DNA from: Phoronis australis
Lineage: Eukaryota; Animalia; Phoronida
Assembly: GCA_002633005.1 (NCBI GenBank)
Contig: NMRA01000113.1
Location: 562,747-626,746, forward strand
Direction: 5' to 3'
DNA length: 64,000 bases
Shown here piece by piece: positions 52,101-64,000 of this stretch. How positions within the stretch are numbered: the stretch's first letter is position 1; the number at the start of each line of letters is the position of its first letter. The position numbers and the translations under genes are program-made. The notes below the pieces were generated by a model. It did not search any database. It was not told where the DNA came from and was given only the letters and a program-made list of their open reading frames with translations.

Positions 52101-55100
52101 CTTTTGCTGATTAATTGTAACATTATTTAAAACATCAGAAGGTTCTGGTCATCACAGAAAGTAGATGTGACAACTTCTCTCTTCCACTGACATCACTTAA
52201 CAATACAACAGACTCCCATTCACCTCTACCACAGCCCCAATATCCCTTTGACTTCACAACAGAATCCCACTCACCCCTATCATAGCTCCAACATTCTCTT
52301 GACAATACAACAGACTCCCACTCACCCCTATCACAGCTCCAACATCCCCCTCACAATACACCAAACTACCACTCATCCCTATCACAACCCCAACACCACA
52401 TGACAATACACCAGACTCCCACTCACCTCTGTCACAGTTCCAACACCACATAACAATACACCAGACTCCCACTCACCTCTATCACAGTTCCAACACCACT
52501 TAACAATACAACAAACTCCCATTCACCTCTGTCACAGTTCGAACACCATTGGACAATACACCAGACTCCCACTCACCTTTATCACAGTTCCAACACCACT
52601 TGACAATACATCAGACTCCCACTCACCTCTATCACTGCTCCAACACCACTTGGTATAAGAACCAACAAGCTTGTCTCTTGGTCCAGCAGGTACAAAAAGA
52701 TGATCCATGTACTAACACAACGCCAAACGACTGGAAAAGATTAATACAGACAAATAAATAAAACTGTAGTCTTGGTTCACAGAAATCCTCAATAATTATT
52801 GCCATAATAAGCTAGGATAAGAAAAATCTTTGCAAAAGAAAAGGTTGAAAGAAAGTCACCCCTGTTTTCATACTGTTTAAAAGCACTTTAAATAATTAAA
52901 TTGAACTCTTGAGATAATTATTTATTTAGAAAAATGATAAAAATTGTAAATTAACAACATGATGTGAAACTTAAGATCACCATGAATTAATTCAAGATGA
53001 CCATCACAATCACAGCTCTTCACCCCACATGTACATGTGACATCAACTGTTAAATTATCTTACTTTACAGTGAATTTTGTGTCCACTACGAACTTGAGAT
53101 GAAATAGCTGATTTTTTATTATAAACTCAATATCTTATATTCATTGAAATGACCTAGTCACCATTCATGCATCGACCACAATTGGTAACATCTAAACCAG
53201 CAAGTGATGATATCATGCGACGTCCTAAACACTATTATGAATAGACAATAATGCCTGTATCACATGTTGGCTACTGATGACATCTAACACCAACCTACCA
53301 CCATATTAAGCATTTTACAAAAGCAACAAATACTGGTCATGCTTACACCTACAGGCTAGCGACTAGACTTATCAAGTTATAGTTTCAAATCCAGAAAATA
53401 AAGTGCTATTGATGAGTATTAACCTTCCAAACTACACCATAAGTAACAGCAAGTTGAAAACAATAACGACGCTAGAGTGAAGCATGAACCATGTTTCGAT
53501 ATTAGGCAATTATCATGCTCAGGTACAGTAGTCACGCATAGTAGAACAGAACACCATAACAGAATGGTCAATTCACATCACTGTACATGCCCTATCATCT
53601 ATCAACTACCACAACTCCATGTCTCCACAGTTATTGGAACTCCATTATAGAGGAGGAGCAATTTGGCCTTAAACATACCTTGTTAATGTTTGGAGAGGTA
53701 ATATAACACATAAAATCTGGCATCTGGGTATGCGTAAGGCTAAATTGTTTTCCCGCTAGATAAAAGGGGTTCCACTACATAGATTTTCTTAGATATTTGA
53801 TATGTTTTATAGCAGCTCAAGAGCATTCACCTGGTATGTAATTTATAACTATTTCAATTTGTCTACATAGGTTTAGATGACAAGTAAGTAATGCGTTTCA
53901 TTACTATAATAGGTCACCATGTGAACTATGCTGCAGTCAACATGTCTACAAATGTCTGAGAAGTATGCGTGAACGCAGCAATGACTGGGAATTGCATAAC
54001 TTGTAATTGAACTCGAGAAACATACCAACTTTAGTAGATAAGCCCACCATGGAGTCTCTATTCTTCCAGAAGTTAATGTCATTCTTGAAGGCCAGAAAAT
54101 CAAACAGGAGCTGAAATAAACATTTCTAAGTGTATTTTGGGTTCAATTTAACCAACAATATGCGACACAGAACTGGTTATTGGCATAGAACTTCATACTT
54201 ACAGTTAACCCAACATAACTCACACACTTACCCGTCTCAGGGATATTCCTGGACTGCGCCTTTGTGCCATAAGCGCATGAAAAATAGAAAGGCGCAAGTA
54301 CATTGCCGCAGTGCACCCCACGGGTGCATCTTTTAAAACACAACACTCTTCCAAAAATGCAAGATTCTTGCCAACTTACAGCAAGTGGGGTAAAACATGA
54401 CCCTGTTCTTGTTTCCATTGTCCTTGGGGGTTTCTGTTTCATATGTTACCACTTTACATTTACTTACACTAAAAAGTCTGATGGGCACAACTTTTTGAAA
54501 AGGGCACATTTTTTATCATCAGGTGTGTCCAAAAGGCACAGGTTCAAACCTGGTCAGGAATATCCCTGCAGTCTCTGTTAATACATTTAGATTCATGTGC
54601 TTCATCAACTTAAATAAACTTATTGCATTCTTCCATGATATCAGGTGTTTCAAAAGAAAGTCATATAACATCTGTTTTAGAAGACTTTGTATTACTCACA
54701 TGAAATGCTGCCACAACAAAGGTTAGCATAAGAAAGTAGAAGTTTGTGTCCGCAAATATCCCTTTCATTTCATCCGTGTCCTTCTCACCAAACCCTGTAA
54801 GCAATGTTAGATAATGCTATAGAAAAACTCACAGATGGTGCACTTAAACACACATAATAATAATAATAATATAAATACATAGTCGTATAGTATTTGAACG
54901 AGGAGGAGGAGTCACCATATTTTTTCAATACCAGTTTTCATTGAGCGTCATTCTGTGCCACTGCTTTCTCTACTGTTTTCAAGAACTCCAAAAATGTAGA
55001 CAGACCACAACATTTTTGGAAAGTGGAACCACTGAACACTGGTATGTGTACAAGTGGCAAGTGTAAATTTCAAACATCGCAGCAAGATCAGCTAAGTTAT

Positions 55101-57679
55101 CTTGTTCAAAATATGGCACATATTTACATGCAATTTGATTATCTTGAACTAAGAACCAGCTATGATGTTACGGCAACTTACAAGGTAACAGAGAATATAC
55201 AGTGTGTGCTCAAGCCTGAGAGTGTACAAACCTAGCTGGTGAAGCATGTCCATGGAGTGTTGAATAGTGACCCAGAACCTGAGTTTGCCCACAGATATGG
55301 GTGTGTAGTATATGGTGAGAGGCATCTCCAAGCTGCTTGTATTGATGGGTTGTTGGTCTAGAATTCTGTACGACAGCTCATCAATATAGACCAGGGGAAG
55401 ATATTCATTGGCTGTAAACCTACACAGAGGAGGTTGCATCAGAATAACACCAAATAATCCATCGTTAAATTAATTCAAGTCATGTGAATCATTAATGTGC
55501 ATCCATTACGGAGCACGGCATTCGTAAATATTCACGATGTATAGCATTGATATACAGCCACTGTGGTACAAGGCATTGAGACACCTGGAATGGTGCATAG
55601 TACTCATGCACACATCCACCAGAGTTCATGGCATTCAGATAGACACCGGCAATGGTGCAAGAAGTTCATACATGCATACAGCCACCATTTTCTTTGTTTT
55701 CTAATAACATAGCATATTAAGCAGCTCTATTTCAGACAGGTTCCACTCTTAGAGGGGTGGCCAGATGCACATGCCCATTTGCCCTTGAAAATCCACTACA
55801 ACTGAACTATTCAAGAGAGGAAGTACATAAAATTTCAAATTGGATGAAAAACACTAAACATATTCAGGTGAAGCACAGCAGCATCAAGACATCCGACCCA
55901 AAAAACTCTCTTGTTTTTAGTTGTTCAGCTCTTAAACTAACCTGCTACTTTCTACATTCTATACTCTAAGAACCAACAGATGACAAGTGAAAACTGCATA
56001 CCTCATAAATCTAAACAACTCTCCAGGAATTTCTCTTTTTGGGAAAGAGATAAGGTCACTAAGTACATTGACAGTCATTTTAGATCTCCAGTGAGACACC
56101 AATTGACGCTCCTTAACACTTGCCTCCTAGCAACAGAAAGGTTAGAAACTATAACAGCACAAAATGAGCAAAAAAAATACCTTGCAAAAGCAACAAAAAT
56201 TGTTTATGCGAAATCAATTAAGTTGATTGATGTTGGTACTACAACAACTTCTAGGTATGTTTTAACTGAACAGTCACCTCCAAAAATTTTCGAAATAAAC
56301 TATGTTATGGAAGTTTGGAGAAATGACTGGTAGTTTTATTTCAAAAAGGCAAATCAAACTCAGAAAATATTGCTATTGTCTTTACAACAGAAGATTCAAT
56401 TTTATTCAAAGACGATTCCGTGTTCACGTACATTTTCTGATGAATTCCCAACAGCATTTAATAAGTTGAATGCAGTTGCCTTAGGGTATGCATAGGTAGT
56501 CAGTCTACTGTGTGCAAATGAAGTCTTAGGGTGGGAAATGGGGTTTTCTCCTTTGTGGTGCAGGAAGGCATAGACATAGAGACTTCCATTGTTTCTAGTC
56601 TGCTTCGGAAGTTTCACCGTGACAGTGCTAAAATATACAAATAAATGCAAGAGCAAATACTTGAAACAATGAAATAAAACAACATTATTGTAATAAAGGA
56701 CAAGCATTCTTAAGTTTCAAACCCACCAATTCATTAAATCAACATAATGATTACCTTTGATGGTGCCACATTTTTTGAAAAAAATGTGACAGGTCTTTAT
56801 GTTACTAGTGTGACTGTATACTAAGCTTTGTTGGGGATCATCATACCATAATGTAACTGGTGTATAATTCTAACTTTTGTTGGGTGTACCATGATATGCC
56901 TAGTGCATACACTAACCTTTGTTGGGGACCACTATACCATAATGTAACTAATGTATATATGAATCTATGCTGAGGATCACCATGCCATAATGTAACCAGT
57001 GTATAATTCTAACTTTTGTTGGAGATCACTGTACCATAAAATACCTAGTGTATTATACTAACCTTTGTTGAGGACCATTATACCATAATGTAACTAGTGT
57101 ATAATTCTAACTTTTGTTGGAGATCACTGTACCATAAAATACCTAGTGTATTATACTAACCTTTGTTGAGGACCATTATACCATAATGTAACTAGTGTAT
57201 AATTCTAACCTTTGCTGGGGATCACTGTACCTTAATATATAGATTAATACTAACCCACATTGGGCACTAATACACCACAGTGTACCCAGTACATATACTA
57301 ACCTCTGTTGGGGATCAAGAACAGAAAAATTGCTGCATTTCCAAATCAATTTGGCACTTCTTTCTTTAAATTGGTCTTTTGGTGAAGTATAGACTGAAAG
57401 CTGAAACGAAATTCAATTTTCCATAATAAGTTATTTAATGACTATGAGCTTGAAATTAAGAATTTTAGAATACTAGATGGTGACAGGAACAATCATAAAA
57501 TTGCAGTTATTATATAAATATCCTACCTCCAGAGAAGGGTTCCTGGCCAGATAAGGCTTCATACAATCTCCGTTAGGTTGGCACTGCTTAGGATTAAACA
57601 GCTGGTAGATGGTCCAAGCAGAATGACATATATACACAGCGAAGAAGACAATGATGATGGCTGTAAAACTAGGCTTCAT
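46137..57679 (-). CDS. CLPTM1L: CLPTM1-like lipid scramblase, 15 coding exons, 526 aa
   Basis: Exons 57527-57679, 57303-57400, 56432-56627, 56002-56126, 55232-55419, 54700-54794, 54026-54110, 52627-52730, 51638-51703, 50678-50728, 49922-50004, 49284-49374, 48695-48739, 48416-48531, 46137-46221 (1581 nt). Motifs [72 protein letters not shown]. Confidence 0.95.
48760..49003. repeat. ~59-bp minisatellite x4 next to a CLPTM1L acceptor
   Basis: ATAAATCCATGCAGTTGCCTTACAACTCGCTGAC.GTTCTATAACAATGGCACAAATAT repeated. Confidence 0.92.
52180..52652 (-). repeat. 50-51 bp minisatellite (~9 copies) built from a CLPTM1L exon/intron junction
   Basis: Unit on the minus strand is GTGGTGTTGGA.C.GTGATAGAG|GTGAGTGGGAGTCTG...; its first copy overlaps the real exon end at 52627. 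Confidence 0.92.
56817..57317 (-). repeat. 49-bp minisatellite (~11 copies, 98-bp higher-order dimer) built from a CLPTM1L exon/intron junction
   Basis: Unit on the minus strand is TGATCCCCAACA.AG|GTTAGTATA...; it overlaps the exon end at 57303. CTAAC recurs at 57009, 57058, 57107, 57156 and 57205. Confidence 0.9.
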
Positions 57680-58573
57680 GGCTGCCTCCTGAAAATCAAG
57701 GATGTGAGAGGAACACCTTAGAGAAACAATTAAGAGTAGTCTTTGAGGGTTCTTGAGGTGAAAACAGAAACAGAAATTTTTCGGAATAGGCAATTGCTCA
57801 TTAGCGAGTGTCTAACAGAAGCTTGTGTGATTCACCAGAACCGCATCTACAACATTCCCTCCTTTTCTATGGAACAGGCACACCTCCAGGTTGATGAAGA
57901 TTTTGGCGGGTCCAGGACTTGAACCCAGGTTTTCTAGAGGCAATTGCTGCTTGGAAAGCAATTTAGAGAGGCTTTGTCTGGATGTACGTCACACCAGGAA
58001 GTCATGTATCACACGACAAGGCTGCAGATCTTAACAACACCCAAGCGTCCCTACATTTGCTCTTAGCAACACTACCCCGTGTCCTGGAATTTGCCCCAAA
58101 CCAACAGCCTCCTGTGTTCTGGATCCACACCAGTTGTGCCCTGTCTGAGGTCCGCAACACAGGCTCATGAGTTGGCAGCTCAGTGCTTCATCGGCACTAG
58201 TAGTCATCACTTTGCCAACTATGCCAATTGCAGGAAATTGCCAATATTACCGGACCTGGAAATTGAACCAATGACCCCGACAAAACCGGTAAGCGTGCAA
58301 GCAGCTAACAGGTATATTGCCCATTAATGAGTGGCTAACACTAACAGAGGTGTTCATATGATTCACTACTGGCTGCAGAGGCACCTCTACAACATTGTCA
58401 CCAACAGCCTCTTTGATGATGTGGTAAGTTCATGAGGCATGAGATTTCTGAGAAGCTTCCAGTGTACACGATACACTAGGCAGGGTGTACAGGTTTCTAA
58501 CGTCAACTGTGTACAGGTTTCTAAGGTCAACTGTGTGATGCGAGATACGAAACATTATCAAAGTCTGTCACTA

Positions 58574-58711
58574 GTAACAGGTCGAGTTACCGCCCGGAGT
58601 CCGGGCGGTAACTCGACTAGGCAATGACCATCGCCTCTGTTGAGTCTGTTGGCCAACGTCGGCCAACAGAGGCTATATAGGCATTAATTGCCTATAAACT
58701 CGACTTGTTAC
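58574..58711. repeat. Nested-palindrome element (MITE-like)
   Basis: Outer inverted repeat GTAACAGGTCGAGTT/AACTCGACTTGTTAC; perfect 18-bp hairpin at 58581-58617; two further hairpins. Confidence 0.8.
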
Positions 58712-58844
58712 GCGGACAGATGAATTTTTCTAATAGGTCTGCGGGTAAAATTCGCAAACACAGGGCAAACTTTAGGCTGGTACGTTTAGTGGTACAGAAT
58801 CTAAACAATTACGTTTGGTTTAGAGCAATATTTATACTACTTAC

Positions 58845-58960
58845 AGAGCAATATTTATACTACTTACGTTGAAAATATGAAAATTGTGAGCGAAATCAAG
58901 AAATCATATCGATGGTAAATCAGACGCTAGGTGGCACTTCAACGACCTTGACCTTTAAAA
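58845..58960 (-). promoter_or_regulatory. Probable CLPTM1L non-coding first exon and promoter
   Basis: The acceptor at 57689-57690, just upstream of the ATG, implies a 5' UTR exon. Donor GTAAGT at 58867. CTCF-like motif at 58924-58937. Confidence 0.45.
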
Positions 58961-59851
58961 TACAGCTCGGCAAAAACAAGTGGCTGCACGCCTTTGATAA
59001 TTTGATTCTTGAAGATGCCCATTCTTTCAATATTGCCATGAAGGTATTAACTATTCCATGCAGCGTTATTTAACTGGTCTTGGTTAACTATCATTTTATG
59101 GCCTGGTCATCCATTCAGCCAAAAGTAGTTCCATAGGTGGCTTATCAGCCGATTATTCACGCATAAAATTAAAATGACTCACAATGACACAAATCAAATG
59201 CCGTGAAATGGCTTTAAAATTAATGCCTGATAGATGAGTGAAGGTGGATAAATGCGGTGTTCCTACAGTTTCTTGTGGTAGTGGATGTGTTCACGACAAA
59301 GTGACGAAAAATTGATAGCAGTGAAGTTATTGGTCAAAATGGTGCCTATGAGAAATGTAGGCGGTGAATTCAATGCCAATTAACTAAAACCTGGGAGTTA
59401 ATTAATTATTGATAATAAATGCATAGCCATAGAAAACCTGGAAGTTAGATGAAGTAACATTATACAATAAGATTTTCAGTGTTTAATTTTCTGTATCAAA
59501 AAATCAACTACATTTTACATTGTTTACAATATGACAACATCGTCATCGACTTACACATATGATTTTGGTATCGTTTGATTCCTTGAAAAGTTATCTTTCC
59601 ATAAATACACAGAAAATTTTCCTACCCCGTTCCCTAAGTATTTTATTGTGAAATTTCTTCTCACACTATTTCCCGGTACTCGGTAGTAATACCGCCATGT
59701 TGAATGGAAGGAGTCCCCTGGTGGTCAAAAACTGAACTAATCTTCCGCGACTTCTGCAGATCGTCACTTTTCAGAAGTTTAAACTGACCGAGACCTGCCT
59801 ATCCCCTGCCCCAGTTACGGTCCCAAGGGTTCGAATTCGATCCTATGGTGA

Positions 59852-60496
59852 CCAGGCCTTTATCCAGGATTTCGAAAATAGGGTGTCCAAAATGGGGTTC
59901 CCAATATTCCAGGGCGTCCATAATTCCGACGCGTAACCCCCACCCCCCAGCAACCCCCCTCCCCCAAACACACAGATTTTTTTTACAAAAAATGCATAGA
60001 GCAAGGTTTTTACATCTGAGTTCACAAAACAGCCTTCTGTGAAAGTCATCAGGAACTGGCAACAGAAGTTATTCAAATCTCTTTCCTTGGTATGTTGACT
60101 TAGACACAGACAGGACTTTATCCAGGATTTCGAAAATAGGGTGTCCAAAATGTGGTTCCCAATATTCCAGGGCGTCCATGATTCCGACGCGTAATACCCC
60201 ACCCCCAGCAAACCTCCCAAACACAGATGTTTTTACAAAAAAATGCATAGACCAAGGTATTTATATCAACCAACTGTGAGCATAGCAATATTGTGTATAA
60301 TTTGTATGTACATTGTATATTTCTTCCTGCTTTGAAAAAAGAGCCACCATTGTGAGTTTTCATAGGATTACTAGTAATCATTACAATATGTGTGTCCAAA
60401 CTTGAAAGGTTCCTATTGATAGTGGGTGTCCAAATGATACATTGGGCGTCCTTGTCAGGGCGTCCATATTAGTGGACATATGCTGCATAAAGGCCT
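59852..60496. mobile_element. Non-autonomous hAT-like element with internal ~260-bp duplication
   Basis: CAGGCCTTTAT...ATAAAAGGCCTG; 59852-60010 is repeated at 60111-60260. Confidence 0.65.
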
Positions 60497-60578
60497 GGAC
60501 ACAAACCAACACAAATCGTGAGCACAACAATTGGTGGAACTTTACTTTGAGATAAGAATATACATTTTTTCATTTCAG

Positions 60579-62437
60579 GATATACAGGATTCCGATTCCC
60601 CATTTGTCATTACCCGACACGAGGGGCAAAGGCTGCAGAGTTGCACCAAATGCTATACGATGTTATAGCAAAACTACACTTCTACCAATTCAATGTAGAC
60701 TTCATTTTAATGGATGGCGTCCAGGAAAAAAGATCATTCATCAAGTAAGCCTTTAATACACAAATAACAATTTCCAGCCATCATTATAGTCTCACTGGCT
60801 GAACTCCACACTTATAGCCACAATCCTTAAACATTGTAAAAAGGCAAGATTTTTGTATTAATTGCTTAATTAATTTTAATTGTCATAAAAATTTACTCTA
60901 GACTATTTACTCTAGGCTATCTCTTTATCATGTATATGGTGTCGAGATAAGTCATTTCCATTTATTTAATATTGTTTCAGGTCTCACTTCTGCGGGTCAC
61001 CTTATGACCACAAGTGTATCACTCCTGATGTCACAAACCCACCCAATTGATTGCTCTATGTCAAGATGTGAAACATAACACGAAAAAAATTAGAAATGGT
61101 TTGAATAAAAGTGGCGACAGTGACAAATGTACACCTAACATTATGCTGGATGGGAAGTTCATTCAATGGAAAATGTGGGTAAGTATTTAGAGTGAAAATG
61201 ATTACTGCAGGGGCTAGCGTCTATGAATTTGGGGTGACCAAAATTGCAAATTTTTGCGAGACAAGGTCCAACCTTGACCAATAATTACTTTACACTGCTC
61301 GAAATTGAAAAAAGGTTTGACCGTACCTAGACTAGAGGCTCCTACCATATGCGTCTAAAGTACTGCCCGCAGCATTTAAATTGGCACACGCAAACATTGG
61401 GAGGTCGACATCAAGGTGAGCATAAACATTCAAAAAACAAATGTTTAACAAATCTATAATACTTAACATTACCTGCGAGGTTGCTGATTGTCTTAACACT
61501 GATAGTGGTCATTTCCAAAAAACAACTAAAATATCAGTAAATTGTCAATAGCATAGTAAGCCAAAGGGATTAGTGATTCATGTACTTTGGGGATGGGTGA
61601 TCAGTTGAACATGGTTAAAATGAAAATCAGCAAAATTTCATGGTTGGGCAGTAACCTGGACAAGTACGGCGATGCAAAATGTCAAAATTGGAAGTACAGT
61701 GTGATTAGCATTTTTATGAATGTTATTCTTCTCACAATAGATTGATGCCGTTAAATGGGACCAGAAAACAAACACCCGTCTCTCATGCCAAAAAGTCATG
61801 GAAAGCTACTTGCATCCAAGCCAGTCTGAGAAGATGCGGAACCACTTGGCAGAAGAAGTGTTAAACAAGGACTTTTTATACCTTATGAAGGCATACCAAG
61901 CTACTCTAACTGATGGTCAGTGCTGGGACAGTGCTATCAAGCTACTGTAGAACACGAGTGCATATATAGAGATATTTAATGACACAAGACCCATTAAACA
62001 TCTGCAAGATGTACACTTGAATGTTTAAATTGGGCGAAATTCTATCATTCTTTAAAAAGCGGAGGATGCAGACGAGCTCAGTGCCAAAGTCCAATTTGTC
62101 AACGGAATGTTTAGATGACATTGAGAACTCCCTTTTGACATTCCCGCAAGTGTGTAGGCTACACCTGGAGAGATTCTCCAATGGTGGCGTAGTACCAGCA
62201 TACTTTAACAGCGACGTCATTGAGAACCACTTCTGCCAAATGCGCAGCTACAATGGCAACAACAACCGTCCAAACTATGCATCGTACTGCAGTACAGTGA
62301 ATTCGATAACGCTAGGACAATCGTCACTTACATCAGCTAAAAGATCAAATGCTGGCCTACATGCAGCGGGTCCCTATAACATCAGTTCGCCTAAAAGAAA
62401 GACAACGGGAAGGAAAGGTGGACTGTGTGTAAGGTGA
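60579..62437 (+). mobile_element. Intron-containing P-element-like transposase relic
   Basis: Exons ~60579-60744 (GFRFPICHYPT...FILMDG), ~60981-61178 (QDVKHNTKKIRN) and 61741-62437 (EKMRNHLAEEVL...FNSDVIENHFCQMRSYNGNNNRPN). Stop and frameshifts present. Confidence 0.82.
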
Positions 62438-62550
62438 ATGTTGCTTAAAGGTAAATCAGTGCCATGGTTAAGCATACATGCACTACTTGAACTAAAGGTC
62501 ATCTGTAATGTAAACATTAGAAATCAAATTTTGGTCAAAGATTTACTCAC

Positions 62551-62727
62551 CAGTTTATATCAAGTAGACAATCTGGGATCGTTCTCTCAACATCATAATT
62601 AGTTGCAAACACTTTAACAGGATTAGGCCCAGGTGGAAGTGGTCTTTGCATTCGCTTAATGAGATTCATTATCTCATTTGAGACCTCTCCTCGGCTGAGT
62701 TCATGGACTGCTTTTACCAAATCAACT
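62551..62727 (-). pseudogene. Pif1-like helicase fragment (probably transposon-borne)
   Basis: DLVKAVHELSRGEVS...KRMQRPLPPG..PVKVFATNYDV, bounded by AG/GT. Confidence 0.6.
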
Positions 62728-63483
62728 GAAAGCAAGAAATTTGTATTATCACATTTTGTATGAGATACTTTTATCAACAAGAGGCATTGCCTACTTCCGT
62801 ATCCAAGGATTCAAATTTTCAAACATCTTTGAAGAGTTAATAGTGAGGCCAATATTTTCACAACTGTTTAATTTTGACACCAAAATTTCAAGGCGACAAT
62901 GGAATAGAAAATAGAACAATCCTGGTCAGTATCAAAGCAGCATGAGCAGCACGTATTCTTGATTGCCACTATGTACCGGGTTTTAGGCCAATAAAAGTTT
63001 TTGATGTTCCACAAGCTGGAAAACCAGGGCAGTGATAAATGACACAAAGCTTTGCATAAATCTGGAAAATCAAGTTTCAAACACTCGCTTTAATTGGGGC
63101 TCTGTGGTATTGCCTCAGGCTATCTGTTCAAATGCTTTCAAGGCAGACTTACTTTTAAGTAATTGTTTGAACCATTAAATCTCACTTTAACTTCGGACAA
63201 GAATATTTGCTAATTAAATACTCATATTTTCCTTTTCAAGAACTTAAGCATTAACATGATGGTCACACTTTTCTTCATTGAATGTTGTGGCAGCTACAGT
63301 GAAAGACATGACAACAGCAGACATTTTGCTTCAGCAGATTTTTTGAGACGTACATAATAACATCAGAGATCACAAGTTAGCCTTTTGAGTCCTAAATTAG
63401 TGACATTTTACTGCACAACTGCTAACTGAAACAAAACTTACCCTGATTGTCACGTTTTTCCCCGTGTTTGGGTTGGCACAGGT

Positions 63484-64000
63484 TGTTACAGACCGGTGCT
63501 CATAGCTTTCGGTGCGAAGATTGACTGAAGACTGGTTCGAGTTAATCCTTTATTAATCCCGACCGTACGTTCACAAGCCTACTCGAACAAAACGTCCGAC
63601 GTAATGTCTGTTTATGCTCCAGCCAGTGCTGCGAAGCCTTGACTTGTGTTGAACTTCTGAGATACTTCCAGCAACTGTTACACTCGTTAATTCAATAACA
63701 TGCTGTCTCTATAGCTGGCTCTCTATTGACTATCGCTGTAACTGCTGATTCTCTTCACTGCAACTCAACTATAGTTCTCCTGATTAAATTTCTTTAACTT
63801 ACTTGATCTTCTCTTGATCTCCCGACTTGATCTCCTTGGACTCAACTGACTTAATCTGACTAACACAAACCCGTGCTTGTGTATTTATAGCCTAATGCAT
63901 TGTTCTGGAACTTTTCATCAATTCAAGCACATACCAGAACTTTCTGGAACCTACCCAATCATTCTACAAACATGTACTAGTCTCTAGAATATTCCAGACT
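63484..64000 (-). mobile_element. Probable LTR (runs off the window) with TATA box, polyA signal and heat-shock elements
   Basis: On the minus strand: TATAAATA (~63882-63889), AATAAA (~63549-63554), end ...TGTAACA (63484). nGAAn arrays at 63902-63997. Confidence 0.55.

Noticed and set aside
52180-57317. Regular repeats as CRISPR arrays
   Set aside because: Units are contiguous with no unique spacers, lie in eukaryotic introns, and there are no cas genes.
38960-58270. tRNA genes at B-box-like motifs (~38975, 39165, 40280, 54540, 57915, 58260)
   Set aside because: No complete cloverleaf could be built; best explained as SINE heads.

Overview
AT-rich eukaryotic DNA, probably from a marine invertebrate, in three parts. 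(1) ~0.4-24 kb is a dense mosaic of short, decayed transposon fragments: SAP/SWIM/YqaJ accessory genes, G2E3-like HECT, ISL2EU/Harbinger DDE, BEL, piggyBac, Gypsy-type gag, Penelope GIY-YIG with hammerhead motifs, Copia PBS/gag, KolobokP transposase plus P2X7-ballast-like nuclease, Helitron, P-element-like transposase and Ulp1 protease. Every fragment I could identify lies on the + strand, and a ~4.7 kb five-family unit is tandemly duplicated. This resembles a unistrand (flamenco-like) piRNA cluster lying downstream of a minus-strand gene. (2) 28.7-58.9 kb holds three intact spliced host genes that I assembled by hand: CCNDBP1 (-, 10 exons, 332 aa), PDCD5 (+, 5 exons, 125 aa, head-to-head with CCNDBP1) and CLPTM1L (-, 15 coding exons, 526 aa, one GC-AG intron). 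Their introns contain MITEs, SINE relics and minisatellites that copy CLPTM1L splice donors. (3) 59.8-64 kb holds a MITE, an intron-containing P-like transposase relic, a Pif1 fragment and a probable LTR with heat-shock elements. Family assignments come from motif recognition, not database searches.
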